From: Gemmatimonadota bacterium
GTDB taxonomy: Bacteria; Gemmatimonadota; Gemmatimonadetes; Gemmatimonadales; GWC2-71-9
Direction: 5' to 3'
Length of the DNA: 37,454 nucleotides
Assembly: GCA_003221825.1 (NCBI GenBank)
Contig: QHUE01000091.1
Coordinates: 1-37,454, forward strand
The notes beneath the pieces were generated by a model. It searched no databases. It was not told the origin of the DNA and was given only the letters and a program-made list of their open reading frames with translations. Of the stretch, positions 9,199 through 18,876 are shown piece after piece; position 1 is the first letter of the stretch, and each line of letters opens with the position of its first letter. The position numbers and the translations under genes were made by a program.

Positions 9199-9911
9199 CG
9201 TGCCGCCCCTCCCTGCGGTGCGCTGGCCGCGAGCCAACGCTCCGCGGCCTCGAGATCGCGCTTGTGATCGAGATCGATGATCTTCGCCACCTCTACTGTC
9301 GTGATCGGCGCGCGCACGGCGATGAGCAGCTTGAGGAATGCACGCATCCGGTTCTCCGACGTCACGGCCACGCTGGCGAGCCGGCGCGCGCCCGGACTGA
9401 ATCCGTAGACGCCACCCGTCACCACGACGGGAGCCGTGCCGTTGCGAGGGCTGTCGGCGATTTCAATGGCACGCCCCGCGGCGTCGCGCGCGACGTACAC
9501 CGGCCGCTCGTCATCCACAAACGGCGTTACAGCCAGCACCGCAAATGACCCGGCGCGAAGTTGCTCCGTCACACCGGCATAGACGAGTCGCCAGTCCTCG
9601 GCCGGCATCACCGTATCGACCATCGTGCAGAACACCGGACCCGGCGGCACCACCGCCAGACCCGCCACCAGCGTATGCAGCGAGGAGGGCGTGCGGCAGG
9701 CGCGCACGGTGACGGCCGGAGACGGGGGCTGAACGAGTACGCCCTCGCGCACCATGCTCGTAATCGATTCGCAGCCGAGCTGCTCGAGGATCTGAATCAG
9801 GTTGAGGATCTGCGGCCGGCCGGCCACGGACACTAGCGCCTTCGGCGTCGCCACGCCGTCGGCGGCGAGGCGGCTGCCGTCGCCGCCGGCGAGGATGAGT
9901 CCGTGCGTCAC
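9195..9911 (-). CDS. Nucleotidyltransferase (sugar/alcohol-phosphate cytidylyl- or nucleotidylyl-transferase), 238 aa
   Basis: The N-terminal loop HGLILAGGDGSRL...TPKALVSVAGRP is typical of NTP_transferase/MobA-like enzymes. GTG 9911 overlaps the upstream TGA (GTGA). The longer ORF-track N-terminus is Arg-rich and lies inside the HAD gene. Confidence 0.7.
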   Translation of the reverse strand: MTHGLILAGGDGSRLAADGVATPKALVSVAGRPQILNLIQILEQLGCESITSMVREGVLVQPPSPAVTVRACRTPSSLHTLVAGLAVVPPGPVFCTMVDTVMPAEDWRLVYAGVTEQLRAGSFAVLAVTPFVDDERPVYVARDAAGRAIEIADSPRNGTAPVVVTGGVYGFSPGARRLASVAVTSENRMRAFLKLLIAVRAPITTVEVAKIIDLDHKRDLEAAERWLAASAPQGGAAR

Positions 9912-10591
9912 GACGGCAGCACCTCGGCGAGCTCGGTCAACGTGGTGAGCCGCACCGTCGGCACGTTGGCATCGGGCGAGCGCGCGACCGGTGGCGCGAG
10001 CCACGCGGTCTGCATCCCGAGACTCGCCGCCGGCCTGATGTCGGCTTCGAAGTTGTCTCCGACCATCCATACCGGCTCCCCGTTAACACCGCCGCCGAGC
10101 GACTCGAGCGCGTGGCGGAACAGCCGCGGGTCCGGCTTGGTGGCGCCGACTCGGCCCGAGTCCGCGACCGCGGAGAAGTAGCTCATCAAATCCAGTTCCT
10201 CAAGGCAGGGCACCAAATTGCCAGTAAAATTCGACACTACCGCGAGCCGGTACGACCGCTGCAACCTCGCGAGCAGCGCCTGATTGCGGCGAATCACTGC
10301 GACGGCGTGGGCGTGGAAATCCTCCACGATCCGCTCGCGTGACAGCGTGAGCCCATCCGGAAGACGCGCCAACACGAGCGCCGACTGCAGATCGACCATG
10401 GCGCGAAATCCGAGTGATCCGATCCCCGGCACCCGGAGGAGCGCGCGGTCGGACGCGCGAAACGCGTCCTCGAAAACCGCGAACGGCTCGCGCCCGCCCG
10501 CCGCCGTGTAGCCCGCGTGGAACCGCACACTCCAACGCGCGCCATCGGCGTCGAGCGTGCCGCCGAAATCGAACAGCACCACACCGCGCAC
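9908..10591 (-). CDS. HAD-superfamily hydrolase, variant motif I (D-x-G instead of D-x-D), 227 aa
   Basis: Motif I LFDFGGTLD, motif II VVSNFT, motif III Lys in GATKPDP, motif IV MVGDNFEADI. GTG start at 10591. First gene after a 136-nt gap. Confidence 0.8.
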   Translation of the reverse strand: MRGVVLFDFGGTLDADGARWSVRFHAGYTAAGGREPFAVFEDAFRASDRALLRVPGIGSLGFRAMVDLQSALVLARLPDGLTLSRERIVEDFHAHAVAVIRRNQALLARLQRSYRLAVVSNFTGNLVPCLEELDLMSYFSAVADSGRVGATKPDPRLFRHALESLGGGVNGEPVWMVGDNFEADIRPAASLGMQTAWLAPPVARSPDANVPTVRLTTLTELAEVLPS

Positions 10592-10603
10592 CCCGCTCTG
10601 TCA

Positions 10604-10619
10604 GGCAAGAGCGGTACCG
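10604..10619 (-). promoter_or_regulatory. Candidate sigma-54 (-24/-12) promoter
   Basis: The minus strand reads cGGTACcgctcTTGCc. This is GG-N10-GC with the TTGC -12 element (consensus TGGCAC-N5-TTGCW). It lies 13 nt upstream of the HAD GTG and directly downstream of a sigma-54 enhancer-binding-protein gene. The implied 5' UTR is only a few nt. Confidence 0.35.
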
Positions 10620-10727
10620 TAGATCACTCTTGCTATGTGACGCCAAGAACGTGACTTAAGAACGGCGGCGCGCACGACTGGGGCAATTCGCCCCATCGGG
10701 ACTGGGGAGGTTCGGGACACCTCCGGC

Positions 10728-12111
<1,384 letters not shown>

Positions 12112-12119
<8 letters not shown>

Positions 12120-14334
12120 GCGCCGGCTCCGCGACGTGGACGCCCGCCGTGCGGTCCGCCCGCAGGATCACGCGGAATACCGCGCCCCCCCCCACGCCGT
12201 CGTCGTTCGGCTCGTTCGCCGCCTCCAGCGTCCCGCCGCACTCCTCGATCAGGCTGCGCGCCACGACCAGTCCCAGTCCCGTGCCCTTTGGCTTCGTGGT
12301 GAAGAACGGCTCGAACAAATGCGGCAACGCGGGAACCGGAATCCCCGGCCCCGTGTCGGCCACCTCGATATGGACGACGTCGCGTGAGGGTGCGCGCGAC
12401 GCACGGAGCGCGATCGCGCGCGGCCGCTCGGGCGCCATCGTCTCGAGCGCCTGCACCGCATTCAGCACGAGATTGACGAAGACCTGATGCAGGAGATCGG
12501 GATCTCCCAGCGCGGGCAGGGGGCGATCGTAGCGGCGCTCGAGCGCGATGTGATTGCGGGTCAGCTCGCCGTCGAGAAATTCCACCACGCCGTCAAGCAC
12601 GAGCGCCGCATCCATCCGTCCGATGCGGCGCTCCCGCCGTTGACGCGAGTCGAGCAGGTCGCGTACGATCGCGGTGATGCGCTCGATCTGCCGCATGATG
12701 ATCCCGAGGTTGCGGCGCCGCTCGGAGTTTTCGGGCTCGTTTTCGAGGAGCAGGCCAGCGCGCCCCGAGATCACGTTGAGCGGCGCCGCGATATCGTGGG
12801 CCAGTCCCGCCGCGAGATTGCCCACCTCCGCCATCTTTTCGGTCTCGCGCAGCCGGCGTTCCAGCACGACCCGCTCTTCGGCTTCGCGCATGATCCGCGC
12901 GCGCGCCGCCTCCAGATTGCTCGCCATCCGGTTGATTTCGTCCTCGAGTGCCGCCAGCTCGCCGCCTTGCAGCAGCCGCGGGCCGCGGCCGTGCCGTTCG
13001 ATGCGATGGGCAAGCTCGCCGCGACCGAGCGCCTGCACCGCGCCGACGAAACGCTTCATCGGCTCCGCCACGAGGCGGCGCACGAGCCACACCGTCAGCA
13101 CGGCGACGATGATGAGCAACGTGAGCGTATTGAAGAAAAATCGATCGCGCACCTGCGCTTGTTGCTGCTGCACGAACGACAATGGCTGCGCCACCTCGAG
13201 CGCGCCCGAAATCCGTCCGTCGGGACCGTAGATTGGCCGGAGTACCGAGAAGACGTCGTGATCTTCCAGCTCGCGCCGGAACGACACCGGCTTGCCGGTC
13301 GCGAGCACCTTGGCGAGCGATGCGGGGGGCGCCGGACTGGGCGTCTCGACGGAGTCCGACACGAGCAGCGGATTCCCGTGCCGATCGTAGAGCAGAATGG
13401 CGTAGATCTTGGGGTCGCTCGTGACCTGATTGATGACGCGCCGGAAGTTGGCGCGCGTGCTGTCCTGAAACGCATACCGCAGCGCTACACCGAGCGCCGC
13501 GCCGTACGCGCCCATCTCCTGCTCGGCCTGCGCAACCAGCGTGTCTTCCCGCTCGGCCATCGACCAATACATGTAACCCACCATGACCACGGTCATCGTG
13601 GGAAGGAGGAAGAGCAGGAGGCGCGTACTGAGCTTCATACCGGACCGCACATCACGAGTCGAGGACTCAGCCAGCTCGGACAGCGTCGTCAGGCGAACGG
13701 TCGGAACGCCCGCTTCACGCGACTTGCGAGGCGCGTCCGGCGGCGCCAGCCAGGCAGTCGCCAGACCGAGTGCCGCCGCCGGCCGGATGTCGGAGTCGAA
13801 GTTGTCGCCCACCATCCAGGCGGGTTGCGAGACGAGTCCGGGCCAGGTGAGCGCGTGCTGGAACAGCCGCGGGTCGGGTTTGGTGATCCCGACGCGGCCC
13901 GAATCGGCGACGACGGAGAAGTACTGCATCACGCCCAGCTCCTCGAGACAGAGCTCGAGGTTGCCGGTGAAATTCGACACGACGCCGAGATGATACGATT
14001 TGTGCAGCTGCGCGAGCAGCTCTTCATTGCGGCGCACGACGGTGCAAGTGGTGGAATGGAACTCGTCGGCGATGGCTCGCGCGGGAAGCGCGGCACCATC
14101 GGTGAGCCGGGGTAACAGCAACGCGGTTTGAGCGTCAACCATCGCGCGGAATCCCAGCCTCTCTATGCCCGAAAGCCGCTCGAGAGCTCGGTCCGACTCG
14201 CGAAACGCCCGGTCGAACGCCGCGAACGACTGTTTGCCACCCGCCGCCCGATAGGCGGCGTGAAAGCGAACGCTCCAACGGGAGCCGTCCGCGTCCAGAG
14301 TCCCGCCGAAGTCGAAGAGAACCAATCCTCGCAC
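12112..14334 (-). CDS. HAD-like domain fused in frame to a membrane sensor histidine kinase (TM - extracytoplasmic domain - TM - HAMP - HisKA - HATPase_c). The kinase alone could start at ATG 13638
   Basis: One open frame. From GTG 14334 (VRGLVLFDFGGTLDADG..) about 225 aa are a paralogue of the HAD at 9908..10591. Where that gene has its TGA, this copy reads ..SELAESSTRDVRSG and then MKLSTRLLLFLLPTMTVVMVGYMYW (TM1). Further elements are TM2 FFFNTLTLLIIVAVLTVWLV, H-box GLAHDIAAPLNVI, and G-boxes DTGPGIP and GTGLGL. The 905-aa ORF-track version runs over the upstream gene and was not used. Confidence 0.7.
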
Positions 14335-14387
14335 TCCGACAACGACCCGCAAATCGGTGGGATGGTCACCCTGAAACGTTGGACCAC

Positions 14388-14840
14388 CTACCTGAACAGC
14401 GTACCCGATATGAGAGCCATAAGTGCGAGAACCCCTGCAACGGTCGCAAAGACGGCCTGCCGCCTGCGCAATCCACTGAAACTCTCCGGCAGCTCGCCCC
14501 GGGGGTCGAGCTCCAGCCTGCTGAGCCGTGCCGCGGTCGGCATGACGACCCAGATCGCCACGATGGCACCGAGGAGTCCTAATCCCTGCATCGCCATGAG
14601 CCAGGTTGGAACGGTCGCGCTCTTGAAGTATGGCACTGACAGCACGAAGCCGCTCACCACCACGAGGACGGCACCGGGCCCGATCAGATTCCGGGACACT
14701 ACACTCATGACGCGGTATACCGCCAGCCGCTGATCGGGGGGGAAGTACTTGGCGGTGATGCCGCTGAGCATCACGGCGAGCCCGCCGCCCAGCCAGGCGA
14801 CGAACCCCATGACATGGAGGAAGAGCCACACGCCTTTCAT
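14388..14840 (-). CDS. Integral membrane protein (4 TM, DUF2269-like), 150 aa
   Basis: MKGVWLFLHVMGFVAWLGGGLAVMLSG.. with four hydrophobic segments. ATG 14840 overlaps the upstream TGA (ATGA). Confidence 0.6.
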   Translation of the reverse strand: MKGVWLFLHVMGFVAWLGGGLAVMLSGITAKYFPPDQRLAVYRVMSVVSRNLIGPGAVLVVVSGFVLSVPYFKSATVPTWLMAMQGLGLLGAIVAIWVVMPTAARLSRLELDPRGELPESFSGLRRRQAVFATVAGVLALMALISGTLFR

Positions 14841-15250
14841 GTGCGGCTCATGACCTCCGGCAAGGGTTGCCGCCCGGCGAAGCCCGCCTCCAGCTCGTGC
14901 CAGTGGGTGATCCGATCCTCGCCGAGCTTCCAGCACCACAGGATCTCGCGCGCGTCGAGGCGGCCGTGGAAGTCGACGAGCCCCTCGTCGAAGCCTTTGA
15001 ACTCGCAGCCGATCTGCTCCAGCTCGCCGAGGTAGCCGTTGATCTTCCCGGCTACCGTGTCGATCTCGGCCTTCAGGCTGAGCTGCTCCTGGGACTCGCC
15101 CCACTCGGGTCGGGCCTGAGCGGCAATGAGACCGTAGCGATCCACAAGATCCTTCCAGTGCGGGTACACCGACGTGATGTCCTGCACGACCCGGCGGACG
15201 AGGGGGAGCGTGCGATTGGCTTCGGCCAAGGTGAAAAACTTGTGAGCCAC
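14837..15250 (-). CDS. DUF2203-like protein, 137 aa
   Basis: MAHKFFTLAEANRTLPLVRRVVQDI.. matches my memory of the DUF2203 N-terminus. Abuts the CBS gene stop. Confidence 0.55.
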   Translation of the reverse strand: MAHKFFTLAEANRTLPLVRRVVQDITSVYPHWKDLVDRYGLIAAQARPEWGESQEQLSLKAEIDTVAGKINGYLGELEQIGCEFKGFDEGLVDFHGRLDAREILWCWKLGEDRITHWHELEAGFAGRQPLPEVMSRT

Positions 15251-15652
15251 TTACACCACCACGATTCCCTGAATTTCCTCGGGATGCGGTATGAATCCTA
15301 CGACCCTCTTGTCACCGTTCAGCACGACAATCGTCGACCGTACGTGATGATCCGCAGCGTCCGGCTGCTTCACCAGCTTGAATCCCTTGAGCTCGGTCTC
15401 GGGTTTGACCACGGGTGTATCGCTGCGAGCATGATCCGCGGCTGAGCAGTCCGTTGGATCGTGTCCCGCGCCTACACAGCGCGCCACAATATCGCGATCT
15501 GAAATCGTGCCCAGGTAATGGCGATCTTTGGGATTATCGACGACGGGTACGACAGAGATATTCTTGACTCGCATCAGCGCCGCCACTTCAGACGAGGTTG
15601 CGCCGGCCGCAGCAACTATCGGATCGGCAATCATCACTTCCGATGCTCGCAT
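15251..15652 (-). CDS. CBS-domain pair protein, 133 aa
   Basis: Two CBS-like repeats (VMIADPIVAAAGATSSEVAALMRVKNISVVPVVD.. and ..TIVVLNGDKRVVGFI). Confidence 0.7.
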   Translation of the reverse strand: MRASEVMIADPIVAAAGATSSEVAALMRVKNISVVPVVDNPKDRHYLGTISDRDIVARCVGAGHDPTDCSAADHARSDTPVVKPETELKGFKLVKQPDAADHHVRSTIVVLNGDKRVVGFIPHPEEIQGIVVV

Positions 15653-15656
15653 CGCC

Positions 15657-16511
15657 CTATCCTAAAGCCTTTTTCGTTGCCTGGTAACCCATCTCGACAT
15701 ACTCCTGGATGCGATCGACCGCGAACGTTGCTTCGCGCTCGGCGACGGCCCGCACATAGACGAGCCGCGGCCCGTCCTTCGGCCAGTCCGCGAGCGCCCG
15801 CTGCGTCTGCTCCGCCATCATGATCCGCATGGCTTCGCCATGCATCCGCACGACCCGCGGCAGGCGCGCGGGGACGGGCGCGTCGGGCGGCTCTGGCTGA
15901 TCGCCATTGGCGGAAGGTCCACCCCGTTCGTCGAATCCCGGCCCGACGTCCACCGCGACGAACAGGTCCGCGTCCTTCACGCGCTCGAGCGCGGGACCGA
16001 TCGGCAGCACGGCCCTGAGGCCGCCATCGCCCAGGCGCCGGCCGTTCGTTTCGAGCGGCGGGAAGTAGAGCGGGAGTGCGCACGAGCCGTACAGCGCATC
16101 CGCCAGCTCGAACTCGCCCTGCTCCCGGCCGAGCAGCAGCAGCTCGCCGCTGTCGAGATCGGTAGCCGTGACGGTCAGGGGGATGCGCAGGGACTGGAAG
16201 CTGGTCCTCGGAACGAGGACTGCGATGGCGCGCCGCAGGGCGGCGGCCGGAAACAGACTGCGGGCGAACAGACCCATCAGCAACGCCAGCGGATCGAGTG
16301 GCGCGACGTCCTTCCGCCGGATGCCCATGGCGCGGCGGCGCACCTGGTCGAAGGGGATACCCGCCGCGAGGGCGGCGCCGACGACGGCGCCCATGGACGT
16401 GGCGAAGATCTGGCTGGGGATGAGCTCGGCCTGCTCCAGAGCCCGGAAGGCTCCCGCGTGCGCGAGCGCCTTCGCTCCACCACCGGACAAGACCAGTACG
16501 ACCTTACTCAC
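15657..16511 (-). CDS. Patatin-like phospholipase, 284 aa
   Basis: Oxyanion LSGGGAKALAHAG, nucleophile elbow ATSMGA (Ala replaces the first Gly of G-x-S-x-G), and catalytic Asp in LGDGGL. Confidence 0.8.
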   Translation of the reverse strand: MSKVVLVLSGGGAKALAHAGAFRALEQAELIPSQIFATSMGAVVGAALAAGIPFDQVRRRAMGIRRKDVAPLDPLALLMGLFARSLFPAAALRRAIAVLVPRTSFQSLRIPLTVTATDLDSGELLLLGREQGEFELADALYGSCALPLYFPPLETNGRRLGDGGLRAVLPIGPALERVKDADLFVAVDVGPGFDERGGPSANGDQPEPPDAPVPARLPRVVRMHGEAMRIMMAEQTQRALADWPKDGPRLVYVRAVAEREATFAVDRIQEYVEMGYQATKKALG

Positions 16512-17001
16512 CCCGGCCCTGGTCGTAGCGGCGCTCCATCACCCGCTTCGCGCGACGCTTCGCGGCGCGGTCGTAGCGGCGCTTTTCGTCCGCGGTCTCG
16601 GGGACGATCGGCGCGACTTCGGTCGGGCGGCCGTTCTCGTCCAGCGCGACGTAGGTGACATAGCACGAATTGGTGTGGCGCCGGTCGCCCGTCAGCACGT
16701 TCTCGGCGAGCACTTTCACGCCGACCTCCATCGACGTCCGGCCCGCGAAGTTCACCCGCGCCATCGCGGTCACCAGTTCGCCGACGTGGATCGGCTCGCG
16801 GAAATCCACCTTGTCCACCGAGACGGTGACGCACTCACGGCGTGCGTGGCGGATCGCGGCGACGGCGGCGACGCGGTCGACGAGCGCGAGGATGTGACCG
16901 CCGAACACGTTGCCCATGATGTTCGCGTGATGCGGCATCATCAGCTCCGTGAGGACCGTTTCGGATTCGCGCGGGTGACGGGGAGGCCCCTGCTGCGCCA
17001 T
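16504..17001 (-). CDS. Acyl-CoA thioesterase (hotdog fold, YciA/BFIT-like), 165 aa
   Basis: MMPHHANIMGNVFGGHILALVD.. and SVDKVDFREPIHVGELV are typical of this family. Confidence 0.8.
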   Translation of the reverse strand: MAQQGPPRHPRESETVLTELMMPHHANIMGNVFGGHILALVDRVAAVAAIRHARRECVTVSVDKVDFREPIHVGELVTAMARVNFAGRTSMEVGVKVLAENVLTGDRRHTNSCYVTYVALDENGRPTEVAPIVPETADEKRRYDRAAKRRAKRVMERRYDQGRGE

Positions 17002-18803
17002 CAGTAGTCCACGGGCCTCAGGTAGAATTCGCCGATTGCAGTCTGTGACAGCACCGCGACGGTGGGCAGCCGGCGCTTCCAGTGGGTCGAGTCGAGACGC
17101 TTCCGTACGATCTCCACCTCTTCCTTAGTAAAGCCGCTCGGGGGGGGCTCCTCGCCGCGGATCAGATGATACAGGATGCGATCCGCGTTGAGGTACGAAA
17201 CGCCCAGGTCTCCTTCGTCTGTCTGGCCCTTGATCAGGTCGGCGGTGGCGGGTTTGCGCACGATGTCGTCGGGGACGCCGACGTGCCGCGCCAGCGCCCA
17301 CACTTGCGTCTTGAACAGATCGCCGAGCGGATTCACGGGCGGCGCGTCGTCACCGTGCCAGGTGAAGTAGCCGAGCAGCCGCTCCGACTTGTTGCTGGTG
17401 CCCAGCGGCAGCGCCTTGTGCTTGGCGGACAGGTCGAACAGCACGATCATCCGCTCGCGCGCCATCACATTGCCGAGCCGGTGCGGGCCGACATCGCCGA
17501 CTTGCTTCAGATAGCCGTCCACGGCGTCGGAGATGTCGACCGTGACGGACGGGATACCGAGGTTGTCGATGACGAGCTGCGCATGCGCGAGACTGTCGGG
17601 GCTCGAGGTCCGATACGGCATGCGCACGCCGATCACGTTGTCTTTGCCGAGCGCCGCGGCGGCCAGAAATGCCGTGAGCGCGGAATCGACGCCGCCCGAC
17701 AACCCGACCAGGCCCTTCTTGAAGCCGCGCCGGCGAACGACTTCGTCTTTCAAGAAACTCACCAACCAACGCCGGGTCAGTTCTGGATCGATGGCGAGGG
17801 GGTCGCCGTCCCGATCGCGGCTGCCTGTTACGATCGGCGCGGCGTGCGGCGTGGGGCGTGCGGCGCTGCTTGCGCCGTTCGTAGCCGGATCAAACTTTAC
17901 TTTGTCATTCTGACTCTTCCCACTCAGGCTCTTCGTGAGGACGGGGAGCGCGCTTTGCAGATCGGCGAGCAGCGGGGAATCAGACCGCGCGGTCGTCAAC
18001 GAATCAAGATCGATGTCGGCCGTGAGCAACGCCTCTTCGAACAGCGGCCCGCGCGCCAGCACTCTCCCGGTCGGATCGATTACCGCCGACGCGCCGGGGA
18101 ACCCCTTGCCGCCTTCGAACCCCACGAGATTCGCGAGCGCGACGAACACGCCGTGCTCCTCGGCGATGCCCCGGACGATGCGCTCCCAGCGAACGACCGA
18201 CGCCGGCAACGTCTCGCCCTCGCAGGCCTCGTCCTCCGGCTCGCCCAGCCCGCGCGCCGGTGATGCACTCGGCACAATGACGAGCTGCGCGCCCTCGAGC
18301 GCGGCGACGGTCGCGGCCAGCGAATGCCAGGCATCCTCGCAAATCAGGATCGCCGCCTTGCCGCCCCACCCCGTCTCGAATGAGCGCACGCCGTCCTGAC
18401 CGCGGTCCACGAAACGCTCTTCGTCGAACACGCCGTAGGTCGGCAGGAACACCTTGCGATGCACGTGACGCACTTCGGGCTTCCGCGTACTGAGCGTGAC
18501 GTACAGCGCGGAGTTGTGAATGTGATTCTGGAAACGCTCGTAGAACCCGACCACGACGTCGATCGCAGGCCCCTGGTAGGCGGCGGCGAGATCACGGGCG
18601 AGCGTGCCGGCCGTCACCGCCAGCTCCTTGACCCCGCCCTCGACGAAGTAGCCCGAGGTTGCGGTTTCGGGAAAGACGACGAGGTCCGGTTTGGGATCGA
18701 GCTGCGCGGCTTGGCTGAGCACAGCGCCGATCCGGGCCACGTTCTCGGCATACTCGCCCTTGGTGGGTCGGAACTGGGAGAGGACGATCCGGATGTGCGC
18801 CAT
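17001..18803 (-). CDS. nadE: Glutamine-dependent NAD+ synthetase (N-terminal CN-hydrolase domain + C-terminal NAD synthetase domain), 600 aa
   Basis: Nitrilase-type domain (VVFPETATSGY, ILICEDAWH) followed by the PP-loop GLSGGVDSALTA. Confidence 0.9.
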   Translation of the reverse strand: MAHIRIVLSQFRPTKGEYAENVARIGAVLSQAAQLDPKPDLVVFPETATSGYFVEGGVKELAVTAGTLARDLAAAYQGPAIDVVVGFYERFQNHIHNSALYVTLSTRKPEVRHVHRKVFLPTYGVFDEERFVDRGQDGVRSFETGWGGKAAILICEDAWHSLAATVAALEGAQLVIVPSASPARGLGEPEDEACEGETLPASVVRWERIVRGIAEEHGVFVALANLVGFEGGKGFPGASAVIDPTGRVLARGPLFEEALLTADIDLDSLTTARSDSPLLADLQSALPVLTKSLSGKSQNDKVKFDPATNGASSAARPTPHAAPIVTGSRDRDGDPLAIDPELTRRWLVSFLKDEVVRRRGFKKGLVGLSGGVDSALTAFLAAAALGKDNVIGVRMPYRTSSPDSLAHAQLVIDNLGIPSVTVDISDAVDGYLKQVGDVGPHRLGNVMARERMIVLFDLSAKHKALPLGTSNKSERLLGYFTWHGDDAPPVNPLGDLFKTQVWALARHVGVPDDIVRKPATADLIKGQTDEGDLGVSYLNADRILYHLIRGEEPPPSGFTKEEVEIVRKRLDSTHWKRRLPTVAVLSQTAIGEFYLRPVDY

Positions 18804-18828
18804 GGGGGAAAGATATTAGCTTGTAGCA

Positions 18829-18876
18829 GGCGATGGAGTTCGCCTTCAACCGCCCTCAGGGCTGATGACTCCTACC
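18829..18876 (+). promoter_or_regulatory. Fluoride riboswitch (crcB motif) aptamer, copy A, orphan
   Basis: GGCGATGGAGTTCGCCTTCAACCGCCCTCAGGGCTGATGACTCCTACC matches the crcB-motif pattern GGCGAUGGnGUUCGCC..AAC.GC-stem-GCUnAUGACnCCUAC. Identical to copy B at 45 of 48 positions (hand count). GATATT lies 11 nt upstream. There is no plus-strand gene downstream. It overlaps the last 7 codons of the minus-strand lipoprotein gene. Confidence 0.8.

Noticed and set aside
10631-10645. Second sigma-54-like match TGGCGTCACATAGCA on the minus strand
   Set aside because: The GG and GC are separated by 9 nt instead of the invariant 10, and the -12 element is AGCA rather than TTGC.
15657-16511. Patatin-like phospholipase as a possible CBASS or other anti-phage effector
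   Set aside because: There is no cyclase (CD-NTase), SMODS, TIR, nuclease or other defence-type partner nearby. It is flanked by an acyl-CoA thioesterase and nadE, which fits housekeeping lipid metabolism.
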